This document shows, in pieces, positions 16,301 through 28,482 of a DNA stretch of 64,000 nucleotides. The DNA lies in contig RHPI01003156.1 in assembly GCA_009103225.1 (NCBI GenBank), positions 1,225,750 through 1,289,749 on the forward strand, read 5' to 3'. The stretch is from Chlorokybus atmophyticus. Lineage: Eukaryota; Plantae; Mesostigma and Chlorokybus algae. Both the position numbers and the translations under genes were made by a program. The notes under the pieces are model-generated. The model was not told where the DNA came from. It did not search any database and saw nothing but the letters and a program-made list of their open reading frames with translations. Numbering within the stretch: position 1 is the stretch's first letter; every line of letters starts with the position of its first letter.

Positions 16301-17161
16301 TGCAACGCGGGGCTTGGCCGACTAGGCCATGGCAGCAAAAGTCGCTACCATGAGAGGTTGTGTATTGCTTATTAATGCTTCGTAAGCCCTTCTTAGCCTA
16401 TTCCACATTAACCGGCATTACATTCAACCCGGCTATAACCGCGATTTTACCTGCACATCTTGGTCCTTCATGACCGGCAGGGCTTGCTCGCATTCGGTCA
16501 TGACCAGCCATTACCGGTCATGCCGCGTAGTTTTCCGTGGCGACTGCCACGTTGCCGCGCGCAGGAGTGACACTGCGCGCCGAATTAGTCGATTTAACCT
16601 CACAGTTAAATTCGTAACCATTCTCACTAACTGCCTTGGATCGGTTCCGACGGTCCCGAAAATCTACCCACTCGCGCGCAATTCTTTGCGCCCGGTGGGA
16701 CTCGATCCCACGACCTTTGGAACTTAAGCTCCAATGCCAATGTAACGCCACCCTAGGCTTGAGCACTTAGCTCTCACTTAGGAAGGTTATGCACTCTACC
16801 TAGTGCACGCACTCACACACAAGTGCAAGCACTCTCACCGTGCACTCACACATGCAAGTGTAAGCATGCCATGTGAACACACCTACACACACAAGTGTTA
16901 CACAAGGACAAGCACCACACCTTCAGGTTGAAAAAGCTTGGCACCCCCTTGAATAGCCTCTCACCCGAACACCCCACTAGGATGACCCACACGAGCGCGC
17001 ACACCAAGGCAATGCCACTAACCTAAGCTCCGATACCAATGTAACGCGGGGCTTGGCCGACTAGGCCATGGTAGCAAAAGTTGCTACCATGAGAGGTTGT
17101 GTATTGCTTATTAATGCTTCATAAGCCCTTCTTAGCCTATTCCACATTAACCGGCATTACA
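16301..17161 (-). mobile_element. Non-coding TRIM-like LTR retroelement, 861 bp, full length
   Basis: 122-bp LTRs at 16301-16422 and 17040-17161 (TG...CA, 4 transitions apart). 5-bp TSD CCCAC at 16296-16300 and 17162-17166. Minus-strand PBS TGGTATCGGAGC (17027-17038) matches initiator tRNA-Met with one G-U pair. Confidence 0.92.
16687..16734 (-). other. tRNA-like 3' half (anticodon-like arm, variable region, T-arm, acceptor strand) inside the TRIM
   Basis: Minus strand reads TTGGA-GCTTAAGT-TCCAA AGGTC GTGGG-ATCGAGT-CCCAC CGGGCGC A. The T-arm is a perfect 5 bp with a 7-nt loop and a B-box-like GGATCGAGTCC. No contiguous 5' half. Confidence 0.7.
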
Positions 17162-17539
17162 CCCACCGCCGCGCAGTACAATAATTTGTATTGTTGATGC
17201 TCAACCTGCATTTATGCTAGTACAAGACCGAAGCAAGCAGCAGGCAGCGGACATTTACGTGATTGACAATGATATATTCCATATATATTGATGAAAGTAA
17301 GCTCACAACTAGGAACTACGTGCTATAGCTAAGTGCGTGCAAATGAGGTGGGGGAGGAGGCGGGCGGGCAAGCAATTTAGAGGCAAAGGTTGTGGTATGC
17401 AACCAAGCTGTACAAACATAACATTCTTTATGCTCATTGACATGCAAGCGATCGCTGTCAGTGCTGCCACCGTGCATGTCAGCTATCATACTCAACCGGT
17501 CACAACAAACACAAACCGTATAAGCAGGGGCTGGGGTGA

Positions 17540-18100
17540 GGGCCGTGGTTGTAATGCAAGCATGTAGGAGAGCACATAATTGCAAGTAGCAAGCTGTCCT
17601 GCCATCCAAGGCCAAGGGTCACACCAATGATTGTCTCAACATGGCGCAGGAGAAGCTCCAATGAAGGGATGACATATGCAAATGAATACCCCTGCCCCAT
17701 GGGTTGAACCGCGCCCAAGATTGGGACGCACTCCGACTCTGAGTGTTATGCAGTGTTGTGTACTTGGCAGTAGGCGTGGACACGGGCCCGATTGCGTGCA
17801 TATTACTGTTTGTGTAGTATGAGTTCAGAATTGTATGAAAGGCTATGCAATTGCAAAGCCCTTCAACTGTCAAACGCGATGTACATGCTATGTCAACCTG
17901 TGACACATGCAACAAGCAGCGCGCAAGGGCGCAAGGGGCGGGTGCTGTGCTATGCAATGCTTGTGGGAATGATAGCTTACCGGCCGCCGCCATATGCTTG
18001 TGATAACCTTCCATGCACATAGAGGCACGCCTGATAGAGGTAACGCTGGCATGGAGGGTGACAATTGTCGTGATCCCTGCCTCCGCATGCTGTTACGTTC
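17540..18100 (-). mobile_element. Possible highly decayed Penelope-like RT C-terminal relic
   Basis: Broken-frame motifs LYVHG...YGGGR*AIIP, STPTAKYTTLHNTQ and GQGYSFAYVIPSL loosely follow the order in Chlamys/Naiad RT C-termini. No clear YxDD. Confidence 0.3.
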
Positions 18101-18231
18101 ACGCCGCTACTGCGCAGATGGTGACCGCCCTTCCTTTTGCCCCGTCCTGCTCTGTTCTGCCCCGTCCTATCCGCTGTGCAGTTGCTTAGCAATTGTGTAA
18201 GTTGCGTTATTCTCGCGCTGCTCTGCCCCCC

Positions 18232-18491
18232 NNNNNNNNNNNNNNNNNNNNNNNNNNNNNNNNNNNNNNNNNNNNNNNNNNNNNNNNNNNNNNNNNNNNN
18301 NNNNNNNNNNNNNNNNNNNNNNNNNNNNNNNNNNNNNNNNNNNNNNNNNNNNNNNNNNNNNNNNNNNNNNNNNNNNNNNNNNNNNNNNNNNNNNNNNNNN
18401 NNNNNNNNNNNNNNNNNNNNNNNNNNNNNNNNNNNNNNNNNNNNNNNNNNNNNNNNNNNNNNNNNNNNNNNNNNNNNNNNNNNNNNNNNNN
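18232..18491. other. Assembly gap (N run); further gaps at 39772-39814 and 45785-45891
   Basis: N runs bordered by C- or G-rich runs. Confidence 0.99.
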
Positions 18492-21400
18492 NCCCCCCCC
18501 CCCCCGCATGAATTGCTTGCTGTGTTCTTGTTGCGCTGGTGTGTTGGTGTGCTGATGAGTGCGACTCCTTGCTTAGTTGTTCAGCATGGAATTACATTGC
18601 AATGCTTTATGCGTTGTGCAAGCTATAGTTGTGCTAAGGCTGCATCAAATTCCCATGATGCATAAATGGTACACAACCGATACGATCGGTAAGAGTTGAA
18701 ATTGTGGGTTTGCAACTATTCCGTCAACTCATGACATGAATCACATAAAAGCTGCGCGAGGCACGCTTAAAGAAGATGTGCTATATACAAGCTGATGACA
18801 ATTACAAGCAGCACGCATGCAACAAACCAGCAAACACAAAGCTACAGCAGTTAATTAAGTACTACGTCGCTGGTTGATGGCATGAGTACGGATAGTGCAT
18901 TTGCACGCACAGTATGCACAACATACTTCTACTAGTTTGTCTTTATATTATAAAGCACTACATCTTTTGTATAAACGTTATTTGTGAACTCGCGGCATGT
19001 ATTGTTACAGACATAATGCTGCGTGGGTCCATCTGACATCGTTTTTTTACCTGGACATATATAAACATAAGGGAGATGTTGCTTGCGCTCACGCATGACA
19101 TGGCTTTAATACCCCAAGTTTCAGGTAGCAACATGACTTTTCTGTTGAGGGTGTTCATGCATGCATGAAGGCTGACACCAGACACCAGACAAAATGCACC
19201 GAGAGATCGCACAGATTGCGCACAGCTGGGCAGTCTGACATGATTAATGACTCACTTACCCAGTGATTCACTAGGGGGTGAGGCCAGCTTTTTAGGTCAG
19301 TCGCGGTTGGCGTTTTGTGTGACATGATGCATGGATAGGATCATATCCCGTCCGTTCAGCGATCCAAACCGGATCGCAGATCTGCTGCTCTAGGTCCGAC
19401 ACCCTCCCAATAGCCCACATGCGCTGACAACCGCTTGATTGACGACTTCGATGGCGTTGCACACACTGCAACAACCGTGTGTTCGTTGAACCTTGAGGCG
19501 TCGTGGTGTGATGACGACCCATCAATGCAACCAAATTTTACACGGACCGTCAGTGACCAGTGGAAGCAGGTGCACTGTCAGCAGTGCATTGTCATAACAT
19601 TCAATTAGTGCATATCCGCGTTTAGTACATTCAATTGGTTGTCACCGACGTCTTCAGGGGCAACACATGTGCGTTAAGAGCATGTGCAGTTACCGATAAA
19701 CGCCTTTAGTCAATGCCTAACCTTTAGTGCGTCTATGCACTTATCAAGGTAGATCATCGCAGGAATAAGAAAACCTACAATTCAAGCATGCATTATGGTT
19801 ACGGTAACATGCGTAAGTTGGTAGCTCAAGTATAGAGTTACTCAAAGATAGGTAGTTATGCCAAGCATAACCACATCTCTTCATGCAATCGAAGCGGGTG
19901 CGTAACTTATGCACTTAATGAGTATGAATGTATGCGATATGTGCATCCACACCCCCGTTCCGATGGTATGCACTTATCGAGGTTAGAGTGTACGGCGCTT
20001 CACAGCCTGTGCTTACGTGACCGGTTCGACGTCCCGCGCCTGAATGCGACCGTTTGATACAGCCAAAATCAAGTTTATAGCATAATGACATGATGAGGTC
20101 ATAGGCCGACTCGTGCGCTACGGCTATGACCGATGCCGCGTAAACTTTGCCAACATCAATCGGTATCACATGGCAATGCTTCGCCCGCAAAACCGATACT
20201 GCCCATCAGGCTAAAGCGGAGCGCTATTAGGCCTAGCGGTACACTAGCTTCTTGCCAGTTCGTTGCAACCTGGTCAATGAGCCAGTGTCATCGTTGAGTT
20301 ATGCAACGCAGTCATGCAAATAACATCATGCAATGCCGGACTGGTGCTGGAGTCGTTGGCACTTGCTTTGTCCGAAAGCGTTTATGCACATTCTACGCGT
20401 TACGGTCCGTGAATGACGCACGCGCGTACGCACCGTAACTTATGGCGCCCCTCAACTGTGGTGCATGCTGCAATCCAGCACGTCCGTGTCACAAGTCACG
20501 TCCTGTGCGCGCTGTGCAGTCTTCCCGTTACAAGAACCATGTGTAGCATTAAGCTTTTCATCCCACAAACCCGGGGGGGATCCGTGATGCTGACAGAACA
20601 TTTTTGTCACGCTAAAGGAAATGCACATGGCAAATGCATTCGCTTTATCGTCAGCATCTAATAAACTTTATTGCTTCGAGCACAATCGACAGTCAAACAC
20701 ACAGTTAAAAATAATACCGGTGGGATGCCAATTCAGTTTTTGGTGTGCAAGTGCAATTACATTGCGAATGCATACTGGTACCTTTTTATATAAAAAGGTA
20801 AAGATAGTAGTATTATTTAAATAATGCATATCCATGATATTTAATAGTCAACCTGAATGCGTTCAAGCTTGTAGCAAACTTGTGTACGTTGTTTGTAAAA
20901 ACATGTTGATTGTGTTTGCTGCCGCAATGACAAAAAGCATCATTGCTAATGACATCACATTTGACTATTATTATACTTTACAACTTTACTTAATGCTACA
21001 GACATGCATACAATTGGATGGATGGATGATAACTATGTGCTCTCATGCAGCCTAAATTGCATAGCATGTAGCTATGTTACTTTTATTTAAACCAACAATT
21101 ATTGCAAAGACTGCAAACTTACAATGTTAATGTGAAATGTCTTGTTATGCTTCAAGACATGTTAGTGCCAATTGATTATAACATGGTACATGTTAAGTCT
21201 ATACATACATACATGTTTGTCATTCTGTACACTCAGGACTAGGTATACCTTACAGCTTAATGAAATCAACCCAATTTTATGGGCACACTGAGAACAACGG
21301 TAACTGGGTGACTGCATGACATGACATGCAATTCTCTTAGTGGCAGGCAGCTCTGTACGCTGTGCGCGGTTCGGTACGCAGATCGGTACGAATGCGTCCA

Positions 21401-22222
21401 CGCGTAAAAGGCATGTTGCAGCCTGCCCGCGGCCGTCGTGTCATGTTTCGCTGTCGGGCAGATCGCCACGGCACGACCCGCCCTTACTGATTTTCGAGTT
21501 GTCTACCCCGCAAGAAACCAACAACGATCCGGATGATGGAGTCTGAGGAATCCAGCATCGTATGAGGCAAAATTGGCAAGAGTCCGCCAAAACTTGTCCC
21601 GGCTGCCCGCATTGTTCACCCGCAAAACCATCTTTTCGCCTCGGGCCGGATCTGCGCGTCAGTGATCCCTAATGATTGCCAGACACGTAAATTCCCCCTG
21701 CCTATTCTTTGGGTTTTATTCGAATCGTCATAAAGTACACGGGCGGAGGTCCCATCCAAAGAGGGCAGAGGCCCAATTCGTGTCGCGTTTTTACCGTTGT
21801 CATGAATGACAGAGGACAATTGAAACGCGTCAAATGCATGGGTGTGCGACACACTCGGTGCAAGTGTAATGTATTGGGTGCGCGTGGCAAACTAACGCAC
21901 GTTTTGGTCCAGCCTGGATGCCGCCCGACCAGCTGCCTGGCTCGGTCGCAGCGGCGCTGAGCTAACGTTAGGCTTCCTCCTCCTCAGCCCGCACATTGCA
22001 CACTGCACTGAGCTTTTGTGGCGCCACACAGGTAAGCACAGTGCAGTAGCTGTGCAACGTGGTGGTCGAGGTGGGCGGCGGCGGCGGCGGCGGCGGTGGG
22101 AGAGGCGGTATCAAGGCACAGACAGAGTTGCTGCTGAGATTTAGAGGCTAGGGCCTGCTGACTGTCTGGCACTGCGTTGAGGCCTCGGCGCTGCGGCGGC
22201 GGAGGAGGAGTGCGGCGCGGCC

Positions 22223-25200
22223 ATGGCCGCCGCCACCCCGGCCCGTAGCAAGGAGGATGTGGTCGCTGACATGCAGCGACCGTACGTGATGTATTTGAGG
22301 GTAAGCTGCGTTGCTTGCTGTGGTGAGCACAGTTTCCTCTTGCTGGCGAGTGTCTGCACGACGCACGCCAACACAACGTGCCGTGCTGTGCGTGGCCCAT
22401 TGTTTCAAGCTGCACTGTCCGTGCAAAGCCCAAGCGGTGTGTTGTCGCTGAACTGCTGAGGTGACAGATCTTGGCATGCACTCAGTCGTTAGACCGGCGC
22501 TCTGCCATCGTTGAGAGCGCTGCTCGATACTGACGTGCATGAAGGCCGTACAACTGAATGCCAGTGTTTGCGCATGCTTTCCGCTGGTCTCTTGCTGTGA
22601 CGGTTCTGGTCGATCTGCAGCAATGTGTGTTATCTGTCGGTCACATCTGGACACTGGCCTTGCAACAGTGTTGTGTTGCGTCGTTCCAAGCTGGTCGCAG
22701 GTGTGTGTGCTGTCCAGTTAGCACCCTCAGCACTGCAATGTGACTTCTGCTCAGTTCAACGGTCGCCCAGGGCACGCATACGACACAGCGGCCAATGCGT
22801 CACAGTGTGTGCGTCTGTTGTTGTTCAGCTGCGTGCCTAACGGATGCTCATGTTTGGCAGCTTGCCTTCGTAACTACTGCACTCGCCTGATGTGAGAGTG
22901 CCTTGTTGCAGGAAACCAAAGATGGAATGTTCTCGTCCAAAAGCGCTGCCGTGTTTGTCTGGTTAGACGTGAATGGCTGCACATTCCTATCTGCACCAGA
23001 GAAGGTACTTCGTGTGTACCTGAGCATACTACCAATGCTTTGATGACCTTGTGGCTGTGAAGGCTGCTTCACTCTCTTGTAGATTATATATCGTCTTACT
23101 GAAGTACTGCTAAGGCTTAGCACATTGTTTGCATGAGCAGAAAGTTTTGGCTACGCACCCGCTTAGCTCCATTGCCTCGGTTAGTGTTGACAACTTCACA
23201 GTCAAGATCAAGATGCCAGATGAGAGTGAAAAGAAAAATAAAGTGAAGGAGCGCAAGTTTGTCGCAACACCTGGCAAGGTGAGACTGCACAGCGTCACAC
23301 TGCCTTTATAAGTTGTTTGCATGCTAATGCTTGCAGTCTTGTTGCAGGCTAAGCTGTTGGAGAAACGCATTGCAGCCCTGAAAAAGTTGATGGAAACGGA
23401 CCCGACCACTGCAACCAATTTGGCAACCTCAGTGAGTGGTGTCAAGCTGCAGTGTTGCAGCAGTAGAGCACAGCTTTGCATGGGCTGGCTGAGGTGTATT
23501 GGAGCACATCCGGTTGACCTATGAAGTGAAAACATTGCACACATCAGTAGCTGTCCTGAGCCTTACACTGATTGTGTGCATTGCAGGCCTACAACTTGGA
23601 GGAGGGCGCCACCATTCCTGATCAGTTCTTAGCTGCCGTTGATCAACAACCAGGCAGCAGCGCGTACATCCCGCACCATGTCTTGCACAACAAACCACCA
23701 CCTACAGCAATCAAGCAGTCTGCCTCGGACAACACACTCAACAATGCTCGGAAAGGCAAGAGGATTGGTGTTGAGATAGATGAGGAGCCATATGCAAGCC
23801 CGCAACCGTCAATCCGCAACTCAGGCAAGCGCTGGACTGTACATCATCACTCGCACGTGCAACCAGGTTCTGCTGGACTCATGACTGAAATGCGTCTCAC
23901 TGTACAGGCTCAGCACACTCGCTGGCTTCTCCTGGAGGTTTGACTTCAGAGGGCAGTTCCCGATATGAGAAAGGAGACTCACTTCGGGCGATGAAGCTGT
24001 TAATTGAGGTAAGTTGTCCAAGTTGGATTGTCGTGACATGACCTTCTTGGGGTTGCAACCTACACACTGACAAACTGACATGTACGCATGGCTAACTTTG
24101 TGTGGCATTGTGTCAACAGAGGCAAAACATCAAAATGACCAAGGAGGGTGACTCAGGTACATCTCTTTTGTCATGGCCGTACATGGCGCATGGCTTCCCT
24201 GGCAGTCAAGTTGTTGTTGCAGCTTAAATGGACAGTAGGCGCTGACAGTGGCTGGTTCAATTTGCAGGTGACGCATCCATCAGGAAAAAGGGTTTAGACA
24301 ACAAGATTCCCTTTGACGCATACCATTGCAAGGTGCGACAAGTAACTTGTCAGCATGTCTGATTTGGTATGTACGATGACTACTTCCAGTGTCTAAGCAA
24401 CACCACTTCCCGTGCGCAGTATCTGGATGAAACAAATCCCGAATATGTTCCAAGGATAGGTGTTATGTTCATTGTTGACAACAGTGGAGTACACATTATC
24501 AAGGATGGTGGCAGTCAGGTGGGGTTGTGAAAGGCTCTTTCACCTCGCAGCAGTATTTGTCTTGCAGCCCTGGTTGCTTGATCAACATGGACATGCAGCT
24601 CATGCCTGTGCATGACAGTTGCACGCAATCTGGAGGAAGTCCATTCACTTCCGCTTTGACGTCATTGCACGGGTAGAGGCAGTCGTTCACGAAGATGAGT
24701 TCAAGCTCCTCATCAAGAAGGGTCCAACCACTGTGTATGCGTACCGCTTTGAGACATCATTGGTACGTCCTATACAAGTTGATGCACACTTTACCCAGCG
24801 CAATTGCAGGGCTCAGCAACTGGAGAAACTGACAGTGTTGTCATTGCAGCCTGAGTTGTTAGTGGATGCGATCAGACCCTTCCTTAGTCAATTTGACCAG
24901 TATGCCAAGGAATCCATGAAAAAACCGCCGCCACTGTTCGATGATAAAGACGACAGGATGATGCGCAGTCCTCCTCTTACAGGGGTATGTTATGCAACAT
25001 GCATCTGTAAAGCACAGCAAATCATGCCAATACTGCAATGCACTGTTTGACTGGGGAAGTTTTGACGATGCTAAGAACTGTGTTAACCAGGTTGAGCAAG
25101 ACATCAAGCACTCGGGCCGAGTGCGGCATTTGACGCACATGCTCGGCGTTACTCTAAGACTAGCAAAAGCCACTCACACCGAAGAGGAGCTGAGCGCTGA

Positions 25201-25255
25201 AGTGATGGATTTCATGGAGGCTCTTAACACCTTCTTGCTAGAAGGCAAGAGGTAA
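22223..25255 (+). CDS. Uncharacterised multi-exon protein with two predicted FERM-C/PTB (PH-like) domains
   Basis: Spliceable open exons run from MAAATPARSKEDVVADMQRPYVMYLR to ...MEALNTFLLEGKR*. Domain 1: VWLDVNGCTFLS...LATHPLSSIASVSVDNFTVKIKM. Domain 2: GVMFIVDNSGVHIIKD...YAYRFETSLPELLVDAI. One GC-AG intron (23825-23907). Confidence 0.75.
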
Positions 25256-26133
25256 CCCCTTGGCAGCCTGTTCTTCTGCCTACTGTAGAGTTACATTAGC
25301 GTTGTCCAGAATGTCACTAGAGTGTACCTTCTGTTGTTAGATTGCGTAATGGCACTTGAAGCACCATGCAAACAGCATGGCATTGCTGCACTGCCTATGT
25401 GTGGTTGTGCGACAAGCACATGAGCAGTAGTAGTTCCCCTTTGCATCCTTTGTACTCAACTGAAGTGTGTACCTGAGTGAATGTTGGTTGCAAAGCTGTG
25501 AAACAGCAGGCACGTTAAGAAATAAGCTTGTAATTGTATTGTATTTTAACAAGCTGGTACACATGCTATCTGTAGCATCAAACAACACTGCGACATAGCA
25601 ATGCAACAAGGCAGAGTCTCTCTCTCTCTCTCTCTCTCTCTCGCATGTGTGACGGTCACAAGGTCCCATTGTTAAAGCCACAATATGTGTAACACTAACT
25701 CAACACAAGTTCAAGCCAACCACACTGCCAATGCGCGGCAAGTATCTATGCATATTAACGCATATCAGCGACGTAAGTATAACGCCAAGAGGAATGTCAC
25801 ATCTAATAAAATTGTCATTGGAGCAGGTCGTGGTGGTGGTGGCCAGCCCAGAGCTGCACACGCGGCTGTCGTTGCTCTCTCCAACGGAGATGCGTCATGA
25901 GCCCGCTGTTATGCACAAGCAATCCGCTGCCTGTACACGGACACGAAACGGTACATATGTGTTGTATGCAAACCCCTGTGCTGGACCACATGGTGCGCAG
26001 TCGGTGATCATATCACGAGAAGGAGCTCCTTGGGTGCCAAACTATTGTTACCACATGCAGCGCTCCTCCTTCCGATTGAGCGCTGATGGTGTCCAATAGT
26101 ATGCGTTGTTGTCGTGGCTTGGCTTTGAAGCCA

Positions 26134-26590
26134 TTAGGTCCAATTAACATCCATGCAACTCCCCCACCACGATCGACATGAAATCAGAGCGCGCCCTGCT
26201 GACCGAGTTTCCCGCCTCCCGCATGACATGATACACCTCGTCACGCAGGGCGTCGTGCGTGGCGTCGCGCTGAGGATCAGAAGAGCAACACAACAAGTGT
26301 ATGCCCCATCCAAGCCCGTACAACAAGCACAATGCCGTACACGTGTCAGCATAGGGTGAGGTAGGCCAGCAACAAACGCATTGTCCTACAAAAGGCAGGA
26401 CTAGACAGGCGCAATGCAGGATACAACGGCAACGCCAGCAGCCATGCACCTGCACCCAACCCTGATGTCGACTGAAAGCGTACGACGTCGTGTGCTGCTG
26501 CCCAAGTCGTGTTCTGCACTACGTCGGGAAGCAAGGTCAGGGCTGAACGGATGAGAGGCTGGTGGACTGAGTGATTGAGTGTCAGCATCT
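26134..26590 (-). mobile_element. Decayed RLE-type non-LTR retrotransposon fragment (post-RT region + CCHC finger)
   Basis: RFQSTSGLGAGAWLLALPLYPALRLSSPAFCRTMRLLL, followed by HLLCC...RDATHDALRDEVYHVMREAG. Confidence 0.78.
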
Positions 26591-28134
26591 ATACATCTGG
26601 ACCTTCCTACGTCGCTGATGTGTCATTTCAAGGCAAAGAAATCCCTATTTCAAGGAAATACTTAAAATCTGAGCCCCAACCCAGGCCATCCTTATAATCC
26701 AAACCCATGATTGAAATAAATTTGTTGCTGTCACGCCCACACGTGCTGCACGTGTTCAACACAATGGATGAATGGCACATGCGGCCACATCGCATCATTG
26801 TAATGCTCACATCGTTGTACATGGCAAAGTTGCATGCATCGTTTTGTGCGTACTTTAAGCAGTACACAATGCTGCACTTTATAAGCTGTCATTAAGTTGT
26901 TCACCAGGCAACCTTCTTAGCCGCAGCAAATTTGCCTGCGCTTTATCGTATTCATTGATTACATTCAAGCACACCGTATATGGATATATACTGCATTTTT
27001 GTTAAGGCTGAAAGCTTAAAATAGCAATGTAGTGGTAATAAAACCACAAGTTGTGCATATAAAAGAAGCATTGCTATTGCAAGGTTTGAATCAGCCGTGC
27101 TGACAACAGGTGTGATTCCATCATATGGGCCATATGATATGTGCACAATCATGATGTGACTTACTCGCCATGTTAGTCAGCTGACATGCACATTGGGTTC
27201 ATCATGACAAGCGCACAAGCAGCAAAGTTGCAACGGGTTGATCGGAAACCCTTCACAGCTGACACACATGCAGGGTGCGTGTATCACCATACATGCTCCC
27301 GCACCCGCAACATCAGCAACAGTTCGTGTGCATCGCCATAGTCACTCTGCCCGTAGTGGGCAGTAAGATGGTGCCCTCCGTTGTCATCAAAGTCCGCACA
27401 TATGTGTACATATACTGCTTATACTTGATAAATTCCATCTCTCGCACACCCCCACCCACCCATACGCGCGCATCGTAACGCAGCTGCGTGCCGCTCTTGA
27501 CTGCCCACACTTAATAGCTGATGACGTGTGGCGCTTGCGGCGCCAGTGAGTGCCAATGCGGGTGATGGTAGCGGCACAAGAGGTTTGTGGTTGTTGGCGG
27601 TGTGGGGTGGGGCCAGCTCCTGCCTGCCCTGGCTATCAACCTTGCATTGCTTTGTCACTGCTGCTGCACTCAACCTAAACTGTGTAGAATATATGCAATG
27701 GTGTGCATGTCCGTGTGCTCCAAGACGCATGTCCCACTCGCAATTCTTTGTGCCATGCTTGCGCAAGCTGTTGCAGTTGCGTGTGCATAACCATGCATCA
27801 TGTGTTAGCGAGCATATGTGCTTGCATACTTTAAACATGTGACGTATTCTGCTGCTCGGCGTACACATACATTCCATTTGTACGCGCAACTTACGCTCAC
27901 ATCCTCGCCCATCACTGGCTTCTGCGACTGGCTCAATCACACAACTTCTAATGCAAGCACACCGCACGGAAGTGGCACATCAACTGTCATCATCAGTAGT
28001 TGTTGTAATAATGTCAACAAGTGCTAACCTACTATTCAGGACCCATCATCATGGGTATGTCGCATCAGCAGCCATGCGATGCATAACACGTTCCATATGA
28101 CCAACGCGGCAACGCAAACCGCCTTCCAAGTACG

Positions 28135-28482
28135 TCATGGCAACCGAGAAGTCTTGCGCTTACTCCACAACCAGCTGACCATTGATATAGCCAGGAACGC
28201 CCCGTACACTCCCGCGACAGCGAAGCAGTTAGACGCCGCCTCGGCGCTGCGATGCTCCTTCTCCTCCTCACTGTCCGCCCACTCACCCACATACGGGTAA
28301 TTAGTCTTGATCAAATAGCCCAGCGAGGCCATGAAGACGACGCCAAACGCCGACGTGAGCGCGCAGCATATCGAGCCTGCAACATTGTTGTGGGAAAGTT
28401 GGGTTGCAATGCATCTGTTGTATGTATATGTGCACGTTGTACTAGCGTACGCTTGGTCTCACTTACATAGAGGGCCGCACAT
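28135..28482 (-). CDS. 85-aa two-TM protein, RNASEK / V-ATPase V0 subunit f-like
   Basis: Exon 1 at 28467-28482 (ATGTGCGGCCCTCTAT|gtaagt) and exon 2 at 28135-28376 give MCGPLCSICCALTSAFGVVFMASLGYLIKTNYPY...AASNCFAVAGVYGAFLAISMVSWLWSKRKTSRLP. This matches the RNASEK pattern CGP..C...SAWGV..L..LG / NCF.AA.LY. Confidence 0.8.

Noticed and set aside
16301-16422. Directional T-to-C bias in the left LTR as an RNA-editing signature
   Set aside because: Only four differences, and LTRs are identical at insertion, so ordinary post-insertion transitions suffice.
18551-18575. CTGATGAG as a hammerhead ribozyme core
   Set aside because: No downstream GAAA core or compatible stems.
19269-19290. CACTAGGGGGTGAGG as a CACTA or hAT terminus
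   Set aside because: No matching inverted end or TSD was found in the window.
20208-20247. Hairpin followed by CTAG, resembling a Helitron 3' end
   Set aside because: The stem is weak and bulged, the next base is C rather than T, and no 5' TC end or Rep/helicase remnant was found.
23908-24140. Apparent bicistronic split of the 22223-25255 gene
   Set aside because: Re-reading shows the exon stays open (…AAG CTG TTA ATT GAG|gt), so it is one ORF.
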